DNA of 56,986 nucleotides, filler included, from Catajapyx aquilonaris (lineage: Eukaryota): NCBI GenBank assembly GCA_000934665.2. It is 3 parts of 3 records of this genome, joined end to end, with 100 filler letters (N's around TTAATTAATTAA, not from the genome) between each part and the next. Parts side by side here need not be neighbours in the genome. Positions count along the whole stretch, not along the records: positions 38,043 to 56,986 come from JYFJ02006576.1; 2 more parts are not named here. One strand, given 5' to 3'. The position numbers were made by a program, and so were the translations under genes. Under the pieces are notes generated by a model. The model ran no database searches, was not told the origin of the DNA, and saw nothing but the letters and a program-made list of their open reading frames with translations. Within the stretch, counting starts at the first letter, position 1. Every line of letters begins with the position of its first letter. Positions 46,111 to 56,986 of the stretch are shown here, piece by piece.

Positions 46111-49100
46111 GATGTGGACAGTTTGCCAAGTAAAGCATATTACGCCTTGATTTAATCCAAAATCGAACAGGGTGGAGCTGGCCTTATTTAGGTACGTCGT
46201 ACAACCAGACTTAAAACTGCATGTTTATGAAGACGTGATGATTTGCGCGTTTTGTTTACTACATCAATTATTACACATTGAACATATGTACCCCCTTTCT
46301 GTCTCCACACGGGTCAAAAGGTCCGGCTATTAAAAAGCTATCAGCATCCAGCTGGTATGACCTCTTTGATGACCCAACTGAATCCGGCCCTCCAGGCATT
46401 AACTCTATAGGGAAGGTCATCACGCCCATTCCGTGACCCTTTTTTTTATATACAGTATATATTCCGCTTCCATTTTTAGCGCCCCCCACCCCCGTGTTCT
46501 GCCATTGGGCCCTTTTCAGATGATATTGACGGGTATTTTTGTGGAGGGGGCGGCTTCAGGGTGTGGTTCTTCCGATTCTTCTTGATGGAGAAAAAGGGTC
46601 ATATGTTCGTTTGACCTTCATAGGACGAAGCGACGTCACAAATCTTGAAGCGCGATATTTCACTATATAGCACATTTATTGACCTTTCTGCACAATTTTT
46701 TTAATATTATAAAAACGTTCATGCGATTTATTTTGAGCGGCATGAATTATTTCTAGTTATGCTTGTGACAAAAGAAGACCACACACACAAAAAAAGTTTA
46801 GTAAGCTTTGAATTATTAGCATGGGTTTCGATCAGTGTCCCACATTGTGAATCCCGACGTGTATATTTATAGCCAAAGCTTATTGAGCAGCAGTATTTTT
46901 GTAACTCGCAAAAACTATTCTTGCACGTTATAATTTCTTAGAATCACGTAGATCTCCTTGAGTCAGTCCATGATGTCACTACAAGTGACTCACTATCATT
47001 CCGGATTGCCAAACACGTGCTTTAGTAGTTAGAAACGAAGCAGTGAGAGCAGATTCGCATTGAAGTTTGGCAATATTTTTTGTGTGTGTGTAAGTGTCGT
47101 ACAGGTGGGCGAGCTCAACAAGTAACCTAGAATGGTTGCATCAGGATTGTACTTTACTCCCGGAGTGTAAGTGACAAGATACAGGGCATGTGTTTATTAC
47201 TGATAAAATACTTGAAGTATGTCTCGATAGCATGTAATACCTGTCGAAAAAAAAAGGCACGTGCATAATGAGGTTGACTTCTGACCTTTTGTTAACTGTA
47301 AGGTCATGTCTATTCCGGATTGTTATGCAATTATTTATTTATCTGGCAGTCTGTGCATTTTGTTGGGGGAAACGTTATCGTTGGGATGGATAAAAGAGAC
47401 GGTAATGAGGTGCATTACGGCACACCGTACCCGCATCATTTATAATGCAGCTCTGTTGACGTTGTCAAATTCGGATTGATTTCATGAGGTTGCTGCCGCT
47501 ATACCAAATCTGCGCATTTGCGTAATAATAAAATTTAAAAAGACGTAACAAAATTCTTAACAACGGAGAGACATATTATCTAACTGCGTGAACCAGTTTG
47601 TTATATCTTGGTGCTACTTGAAAAACAATTATTATCAAATTACAGGTGTCAGTTTTGATATGTGGGCTTGATATCTGCTTAAGTGTATCTCAGTGTTTTG
47701 TTCGTTCGCCCAACTTTTCTGCGTCTGAAGTGATGTGCCGCAGCTTCCCACATTACGATGGTAAACTTTATTTATTTCTTAAGGGTGCGTATTGACATTA
47801 CGTGGTAGCAACCAGGTGTTAGCATCAGATTTTGCTGTTACAAAAGCGTTGCAATGGTAGAACTCATTTGCACGACAGCGGGCATAATTGCCACTATGGT
47901 ACTGCTAATTAGACTTGATTAGTGAAGAAGGACGCTTGAGAGCCAACCGCATACACTAACCAGTTGTTTACTGTTCCAGCAGAGACACTGAGGTGGTTTT
48001 GCTATTGGTTTTTGTTCCCTCGAAGCACATAATGTGAATTAATCCAATCAGGCAGGACGGTAACATTTAAGTTATATAATGTGAATAATTTGGAAATTAT
48101 GTAAGGTGTTGCCATTGTAAAAAAAAAAGAAAAAAAGAGAGAAATAGCATCATACTAATAATGATGAAATGTTGATTTCGATTGCAATAATTGAGATGTT
48201 GAGCATTGAGTTTCATTCCGCAATGCATAAATTGGGTTCAAGTAGACTGACAGGGCCATGCGTTAGAATCTCAGTGCACGTGCCCATAAATTTTGGACCA
48301 AGCGAACTGGCAGATGCAAAGCTTCAGCCGAGGAGTGGCATCCTAGTGATTTATCTGCACATAAAACTGACACCTGCATGGAAATGCCTGAAGTCATGAT
48401 TTGAACCGAATTCCAATAGCAAATATAGACTCCCAACTTTGAATGGGTTTTGTTGGGTTTTAAAATCAATGAACTCTATAGCGTGATCCAAAGGCAATGA
48501 AACTGTATCCTCCAGTCGATTGCAGACTGACTGGAACCTCCACAGATTTTCTGGACTGTTCTGGTTGCAACCGAAAAAGAGACGGGTCTGAACTCCAGCC
48601 CTTTGATTGTGGACAGGTTACCGCCTCGTATTGACCCGTAATGGTTGCATGCAGTCGTATAGATGCATGAGAGATAATGCGAAGCATGTAGCCCCCCCGC
48701 CCCTGCGTTTTTGGTGGGTGGCTCTACATAATTCATGTAGAGGGTGGCTGCAATTTTGGGCAGGTGGGTTTGGGGGAAAGCCTCTGTCAGTTCAGTACGT
48801 TATCGGTCTTTGCTGGTGGTGCGTCTCGGAGTAAACTGCGGTTAACAATATGATAAACAAGTATTTGCTGGCCATGTTAGAAGTCGCGTGTTCACTCCTG
48901 AAGGAACTGGCGCCTGGCATGTATTTGAGGTTGGTTTGACACTAATTGTTGTTTGTGATTGTATTATCAGCAGCGCTTTATTCTTTTGGAGAATGTCATA
49001 GTGTGACGGGGCTGATAACTGCATCCCCGTTACAATAGTGTGAGAATATCTTTGGGGGGAAAAAAGTGCAGGCAAGATTTCAGTGTTGTCGTTTTGAGGA

Positions 49101-50315
49101 ACAATTCGATTTGCTTGCACTTCATATTCACAACAAGAGACTGCCAAATGTAATAACCTTGCTGCAGGGAAGGTTCCTCTTCGAGCAAATATCTGGTAAT
49201 GCAATTGACCTGATTTTAGAGTCCGTTTGGTTTTGGCATCGAATCACATCCCTGTCAAAATTGGAAGGAAAATCATAACAAAACAGTTTCTTTTGTTGTG
49301 TCATTAACGTGAGTCACCTTCATCGCTACTGTCATTTTCATTGAGAAATTTACCGCTTTTTTAAAGTACTGTTGCAGTGTAATTACTAATTGCGTCCAGA
49401 TATGTTTTCATTGACTTGAAAGAGATTGATCTGAATCCATAGTGAGGTAGCCACTCAGCAAATGAGTGCTGGAAAGGTATGTGCCTTCAGTAAAAATGTC
49501 AATTGCCTAAAAGCATTGCATCTGAAAAATTCAGGATGTGACTCAGGCCCGATATCATCAGCGGCAGAAAGAATCGTTTTTCTTTTTTGCATTAATATAT
49601 TGGACATTTCTTGATTTTAGACATCACTAAACCGCAGTAAGTGTTTTTTTTTTTCTTTCGTGTATCTCAAGTGAAAATACAAAGTTTCAGTTTAAAATTG
49701 GAGGAGGAAATGTTTTCCCTGGAAGTGGTTTATGATTTTATGCTGTTAGCCAGATCTATATTTTTCTCGCTGATCCGCAAGCACTTTTGACCCGTTTCAA
49801 CTGTAAATGGCGCAGACATTTTTGTGACGGCGCTCACTGCCTCGTGCTTTATTAATGATATGCAATCTGCAGTTATATGGTGTTTTTTTTTTTGGTCAGT
49901 TTGTAAAGCCATTCTTTCGAGCCAGCTTGAAAAGGTCAAATCTGATCAATACCAAAGGCTAATGGATTTCTAGTCAAATGTTTGCAATATCGTAAAAAAT
50001 GGAAGTCCTGGTTACCAATATTTGTTCCGCCAGTAATGCAACTCAATAACAAAGCCTACCAAGTGTTAGTTCCAAAAATGGTAACGAATCACTGGACATT
50101 TTATGTGGAACATCTTATATCGACGGGTTAATACTTTTGAAGTCCTTCATACAACGAGACTGAAGTCCGACTGATGACCAGGTGAAGTCCGAGTTAAATC
50201 TGGTCGGAGTCCGTTGAGTACTATATAGTATCAAGCGACTAACCCCTCGCATGACATGCAACTTTGCGTATGTAATTACAGTGGATATTATTGCTATTTT
50301 TATTTCCAATGCAGG

Positions 50316-53273
50316 ATGGTGTTGGATCCCAAAATTGGTGGCAACCATGGGGACTACGGGAGCTTCCAGTCGACCCAGACTCTGCCCACAGTGGGCTACC
50401 CTTCCCAGGACCACGAGGAGGTAGAGGACCATCGCCGCCGCCTGATTCCCCTGCAGCCACCAAAGGACATTGAAGGTGGCAGCAACGCCACCTCATCCTC
50501 TGCAGATCTGGGCGAAGTCACCACCTCAAACACCGTGGCGGTCGGAAGCACCACCGCCAATGGGGTCGCGCCGGGGTCCATGGCCCAGGACGTGTACCAG
50601 CGCCAGCCTCTGCTTCCTCCAAAAGGCGACGAAGATACGTGGGACCTCACCGGAGGCCTGACTGCCAGCGACTTTAGGCCCAGGAACGGGATAGTGAGGA
50701 TAGATGTCCCTCCCCCAACACGCAACCCGGTCCCATTCCCCAAGGAGAAGGGAAAGACTCTCGTAGCATTTCTGTTTTTGTTTGTGAATTGGGTGCTGAC
50801 CACGTTTTCGCTCTCGATGGTGCATGAGCGTGTGCCAGACCGACGGACTTATGCTCCCTTGCCAGACACCATTTTGGATGCCGTTGGGGAAGGGAAGGAC
50901 TGGGCGCTTGATGTGTCCGAAGCGTTGATTATTGTCGCTGGGAACGCCAGCATGTTAGTTATATTGCTTCATCGCCACCGGTTCATAGTGCTGCGGAGGT
51001 TGTGCCTGTTGCTTGGACTCCTGTACATGATGCGGTCGGTGACTATGTATGTCACAGTGCTGCCTGTGGCCAGTCGGACTTACTATTGCTCGCCGAAGGC
51101 AAATGGGACTGATGCGTTGGTGATGGCCAAGCGGGTGGTGAAGCTGCTGTCCGGCCTGGGGCTGAGCATCAATGGACAGCACACGTACTGTGGAGATTAC
51201 ATCTACAGCGGTCACACCGTTATTCTCACCACAGCTTACCTCGTCATCCAAGAGTGTGAGTCGAATTTATTTGCGGCTTAAGCTGTGAAGATCACTTGTC
51301 TGTTATGCTGCAAATGTCACATGTCTAAATGGGGAGTTTGTTTTCTATTTGCTTTTGGAGGAAAGCCAGGTGAAAAGCTAAATTTTGCTTATAACTGCCA
51401 AGTATATTTCTGCAAAATTTTCACGCTCTCAAGGTTGCTGCTCTGGCATTACGGAAGTGATATTCGTATCCTGAAAATTAATACTGTTGTCGCATGAAGA
51501 CCTAATTTTATGGGGTAAAAATGTGTTCATACGAATCAGCAAGTGAACTGATGAACTTGCAATTGGTTTGAAACGAAATGAATATTTGCGCTGTGAATCT
51601 GCGTGAAGTTTCCAATCATGACTGACTGCTTCAACTCTTTTAATCTCCGAATTTATCAGCCATGTTTTCTAGAGCCGTTGTCAAAACAGTGGTCAGTTTC
51701 CATTGGTGAATGTCACACAGATATATCACTTAGATACAGCATGTTTGTAGCAGTAATTTGTCCTACGCCACGAGCACCCTTCATCACATGACTTGTTTTG
51801 CGAACTATTCTTTCAAGAGCCGCTCGGAATAATCAGGAAGTGGATCTTTCAGTAATGCGTTCATAAGTATTGAGCATGCTACAATTGATCCAGACCCTGC
51901 CTTCATTGTGTGTTGAATTGACTTTTGCCACGGCTTCTGCAGTCGTATTGATTGGCACTAATGATGGCACGCAGCATTGACACCACATATTATGGCCTCA
52001 TTCATATCGGATTTCATAAATGATAGATATATACATGGGAAATGTTGACATCAGAGTGACTCATTCGTTACTGGGCCAAAAAATTCACACAATTTTTCCA
52101 TTATGGAATTACGGCCAGCAGTAAGATACTGCTGGCGAGACTTGCCAAAGTTGCGAATAAGCCAGCGTAGTTGAAGAAGTATCAGGGAAAGAATTTAATG
52201 CTTGCAGTGTAAATTACAGCGTATGACTTTTAATCTGTGAATTTACTGCAGCCCTTTACCTTTTTTTTATTGCCTCTGATTCTAGCGATACTTTTTTAAC
52301 TTCCACGACTTGCAGCAATAAGTGACGAAATGGCCTACATTGCCCAAAAACCTTGAGATATTGTTGTGAATGAAACATGTGGCGCAGTATTTTGCAGCGG
52401 CTGATAAAACTAGCATAGAAGTAATCTAGAATAGGAATGTGACCTTGGTCCTTATCCACTCCTGCGTAGTAGTACATTGACGTTGCTTCTCCTAGCCGCT
52501 TCGCAGTGAATATGGAAATTTCAACAACCCCCCACCACATAAAGGTCATGGAGATAGAACCGTGTAGAAAGTTGAGGGTGTGTCTGCATGGGTTAATGTG
52601 CTGATAAGGCAGGCTAATTAGTGAAGGTGCCCTTTACCAATGCCTCTGGTGGACAGGCCGTGATAACACCAGAGGCATGTGATGTGATATGATATTAAAC
52701 TTAGGTTTTTAATGCGATACATGGCGTCTACAGGAATTTATTTAGCTGATGAACCATTTGAATGTAATGACTCGTCAATTCACTAGGTCTTCCTGCCGAG
52801 CTTTTGTTGACTGATGTTTTCCTTTACAGACTCGCCTCGTCGACTGTTTATCCTCCACTGGTTGGCATGGCTAATTGCAGTGACTGGTGTGGTGATGGTG
52901 CTGCTGGCCAGGGGTCACTACACAGTGGATGTCCTCATTGCTTACTGGGTCACCACCCGACTCTTCTGGATCTACCACACCATGGCCAATAATCCTCAAC
53001 TAAAGGTACAATTCCGTTATCAGCAAGTTAGCGTCGACCTCAGCATACATTTGCACCGACTACCTACGTAATAATTTCTTGTCAATTGAAATTTTCTTCT
53101 CCGATTTCCAGGAGAGGTGTCCGAGCAACTTCTTGGCCCGCGTATGGTGGTGGCCCATCTTCAGGTACTTTGAGAAGAACGTGACTGGAGTGGTGCCGAG
53201 GCAGTACGAGTGCCCGTTGCCCCCTTGCTGGGCCAGGAGGATATTCGCCAAGCCCACAAACAGGGACAGTTAG
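50316..53273 (+). CDS. SGMS: Sphingomyelin synthase (phosphatidylcholine:ceramide cholinephosphotransferase), SMS1/2-like, 425 aa; exons 50316-51255, 52830-53005, 53112-53273
   Basis: PLPD, HRFIVLRR, CSPK, CGDYIYSGHT and HYTVDVLIAY motifs, plus the SMS1-like tail LARVWWWPIFRYFEKNV. Splices GAGT|gtgagt..tacag|AC (phase 1) and AAG|gtacaa..ccag|GAG keep the frame. An acceptor at 50314 implies an upstream exon. Confidence 0.93.
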
Positions 53274-55356
53274 TGCCGACCTGCCACTCCTCACGTTTAT
53301 GCCATGCCACACAAAACACACACACGTACATGCAAAAACACACATTAACACATGGAACATCAACTCATCATGTGTGGGGTGTCTTATCCATATATTGGGA
53401 AGAAAGAGAGAGAGAGAGACAAAAAATCTCATCAGAGTCCTTTTGTTATTTTTTTTTAAATGTCACAACCTTATCTTGATTTTCTCCAGCGTGTAAAAAT
53501 CTGTCAAGAGTATTTTTAATACTTAAATACTCCTCGTATATGGTTTCGAGTATAATATTTTTTTTTCTTCAACATTGTCTTTTCCATTGCTGTTACAAGC
53601 TGATGTTGCCACACACACATTGACATAGACCTTGGATTGGCAGGAATTTTGAAAGCGCATTTCGAGCCCTTTCCGGATATAATGTCAATGCACAATGTTC
53701 ATATCGCAAAGGTTTTGAAATGCTGCTTTCTTCCTTCCTTTCATAAACAAAGGTCCGTACCGACCTCATAAGTCACATTGTAATGATAGTTATTTTGGAG
53801 CTTCAAACATTGAATTCACATACATATGCACATTCCAAGCGAACGAAACGGTTAAGAGTACAGAGCAAGTAAGAAGAAGAAAAGGAGCACACTCGTGATC
53901 TTCCATCTTCAATTTTTTTTTTTAGGTCTCTTGATAACGAAAAGTCCATAAGTGTAATTCTATCGTACAAACAAGAATTAGTGACGCAATATTTTTATGA
54001 GGGCTTCCCCTAGTTTTTTGAACAGAGGTAAAAAGTAGCAGTGCCAAATTTTTTTTAAAGCCTTTACCCTCCACCACAACTTTCAGTTTTCTTTTAAAAT
54101 TTGTTTAAAAAAAATTCTGTAGCATTTCCCGCTGAGTCCTTGCCTCTTTCCCTCCTTCATATCAAGAGTAGATCTGTGAGAGAAAAAAAAAGATACTTGT
54201 GTGCACAAGGGAGCAAAATCAGAACAAAGCGTGCCTTTTTTTTTGAGAAGGAAAACAGAAGCGGTTGGATTTACTACGATAGTTTGAAAGAGAAATTAGA
54301 GAACACATTTATAAGAAGACCCCTTTTACAAGAGTGATCTGACCAAGATGAAAAACTATTCCAAGGATTGTTAGTTGCGCATAATAGGGGATAAACTTCT
54401 ATAATATATTTTTCAAATGCAAATCTGTGACCAAATTTTTTTTTTTGGATCTTAACCAAAAAAAAAATCAGGTCTGCTTTTTCTATGGAACAATAACTTC
54501 GTAACTGCCTCGTGTGATAGTAGCAGCATAGCGAATATTTCTTTNTTCTAAATAGAGGGATTAAATGAAAACGGAGCCACTTTTTAAATGCAATTTTTCA
54601 CCCCCAAAAAATGTCGTTTGGGGGGAACTTAAAGGATGGAAAATGCGGATTTTTAAAATTGGGATTGGAAATGGTTATTTTCTCCAGCTGGCGTTATTTT
54701 TTTACAGGAAAATAAAGTTACTGGGGTTTAACAGGGTGGCACAAACGATTTTTCTGCTATCTGATGTGTGGACCAGTAACGAGAGATGTATACTTTAGGT
54801 GCGTAACTCCATGTCACACACATATTTCCCCTGTTGTTGTTTATTTTTTTTCCGCCCGTCACATAAGACACTGATGTGCAAATTATTATTTTTTAATTAT
54901 CAAGAATCTCAAAAGTGTTACATGTTGCCCCACCCCTATGGAGTTAGACTTTTATGCCCTAACCAAGTGGTTTTTCTCTCTATCGGGAGAGAAAAAGAAA
55001 AAAAAAAAGAGACTTACGAACTCAGTGGAACAACGGGTTTGGATTAAAATAATGTTTATGTGACTGCAACAATTTGTGAGAAAGAGAGATATATACAGAG
55101 ACTATTTGCTTCTTTTTTTTTTGTAAAAAAAAATATGATACGTTTTTGTCATTGTTAATACTGGTATAATGGGAAGTTGTGTTTTCATTGGCCGTCAGTC
55201 GTTTGACTTGCCCTTGTCTCCTGATGTTTTCTTGCAGGAAGAAGTCCATTGCATTTCAGTTACGGGAGAATAATTCTGAAACATGGTAAATCCACACAAT
55301 TAAAATAAATAATCAATATGATATTTGCAAATATGAAATATGTGATTTTCAAGGCA

Positions 55357-55590
55357 GGGAGGCGAAGTGGCACTGAGGTAATGTATGCGCCCAATGATGT
55401 TAAGGTTCCGGGTTCGATCCCAGCCCTGGGTTACCCCCTTCATCTCGTGTAGAGTTGGGTCGTCTCTGGCTTCGTCGTGGGTGGTATCTACTTAGACAAA
55501 CCACCCGGGGGAGTTCACAAAACAACCACGGATAAGACATTGCACTGCACTTTGCACATCCCCTCCTGTCATCCTGCCCGTGGGCCGGGG
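55357..55590 (+). mobile_element. tRNA-derived SINE, second copy, 3'-truncated or diverged
   Basis: A box gtggcactgagg, B box ggttcgatccc, and a body (aaccacccgggggag..cacaaaa..gacattgcact..tgcacatcccctcc) colinear with the 42483-42823 copy. Confidence 0.82.
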
Positions 55591-56867
55591 CGCTTTGTTA
55601 TAAGGTTCCGATGTACGAAAATGTACTAAAAGGTTATGATAAAGGTCCATGCAGATACCCTAATGGTGAGCACTACCCAGCCACAATTATTATTATATTA
55701 TTATTATTATTTTCAAGGCAAGATTTTTCAAATTCAACACCTCGCAAACCAGATGGAGTCAACAAGTGTATTGCAATTGCTGACCAGGCATAATTATGTT
55801 GTAATTAGCCATCGAGGCTTGCTAATAGACAACTTGAATTTTACCCCAGATGTATTTAAAAAATTATTCAGATTCTGCATACATTCAGAGTAATTATTGA
55901 GTTGTGCAATATTGTGGGTGGGGGAAGTGAGCTAATTGTGTAATTATTACACAAATGTTAATGGTAAGTACTGGTACCCAACTTGGAATACCACAAGACT
56001 TGTCTTACATAATAATTCATCTTTGCTATCGAATCAAAAAGTCGTCTGAGCCCTGCTCTATTGCAATTCCATGAAACTATTACGGTACTTGCTGCATAAT
56101 GCTTGCTGCAAGCAGTTAACAGCACAAATGAAGAAATCTGACAGACTTTTTCTGAAGAAGACAAACTCCATCGTAAGTTTCGTCATTTTGATTAAACCCT
56201 ATATAAAGCAGCATACACTGTGTACAGCAGCACATTAAAAACCTGCGAATAGCTCATTTTTATATACTGTAGTATCTAGGACCACTTTCAGATTATGCTT
56301 GTTTTCCGATTTAATATCCTGCTACACACACCCTTGCGTTCATTAGCCAGGATTACCGTTAGTACAGCGTATTTATTACGGTCTCCACCACCATATTAGG
56401 CAGCAGGCCTAGAAAAAAAGTGACCTAAGCGAGAGTTTTTCAAGTGCAGTGGTTTTCAAATAAACTGGGGTACGGGGACACAATTTAGGGGGCACACGAA
56501 AGATATCTTGCAATGGCGTCCACTATCTACATTAGTGGGAACCATAATGTATTATGATTCAACAGGAATGAACCAACTTGTGGGAAAAACATGCCAAAAT
56601 TGTCCTACTCATTCTCATCTTTCTTAGAGTTCATTGTTGAAAAATGATGTATAGGCTTACTAACTACCTCCTGCACAGTCTTTAAAAATTATAATCTTTC
56701 GTTACTTACGCCATGCTGCATTGTTTTAATCCGCACATGACTTTTGCCCCACCCTGTGCTATTTCAAATCCCACCTATACAGCGACAAAAAAAACATGTC
56801 GATTTTTTCTCATACCGCTTCCAATTGGACTGCTCACAATATGCTTGCACAGTAGATAACCATCCTT

Positions 56868-56868
<1 letters not shown>

Positions 56869-56928
<60 letters not shown>
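56869..56928. repeat. (TAA)n microsatellite, about 20 units
   Basis: Uninterrupted trinucleotide run. Confidence 0.98.
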
Positions 56929-56929
<1 letters not shown>

Positions 56930-56986
56930 CGACAGTAGGCCTCTCTCCAATTCGGCATAATTTTGTGTGGGAACATGATTGTAGAG

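Noticed and set aside
50256..50315. N-terminal extension MQLCVCNY... of the SMS ORF
   Set aside because: It lies upstream of a strong acceptor (ttatttccaatgcag, 50314) and is most likely intronic.
56744..56976. Poly-Asn and poly-Leu ORFs
   Set aside because: They are translations of the (TAA)n microsatellite.

Overview
Eukaryotic, most likely arthropod, genomic DNA (inferred from gustatory and divergent ionotropic receptor genes). Two 100-nt N-gaps with an artificial TTAATTAATTAA linker (18921-19020, 37943-38042) split it into three segments whose adjacency is not guaranteed. Segment 1 (1-18.9 kb) is a chemoreceptor region: one intronless, 5'-incomplete ionotropic receptor (IR) and eight gustatory receptor (GR) loci (two intact 4-exon genes, six pseudogenes or fragments), plus a LINE RT remnant and MITEs. 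Segment 2 (19-37.9 kb) is transposon-dense: several MITE/foldback elements, two non-autonomous Helitrons, a 2.9-kb palindrome, a spliced SGNH-hydrolase + CCHC zinc-knuckle gene that the ORF track splits, and a disrupted Mutator-like transposase (C2H2, DDE, SWIM, Ulp1 protease, PHD) preceded by a hydrophobic leader ending in a 2A-like motif (GGVEQNPGP). Segment 3 (38-57 kb) is mostly repeats plus a sphingomyelin synthase gene with three coding exons. All calls come from reading the sequence by eye; no database searches were run and identity figures are estimates.
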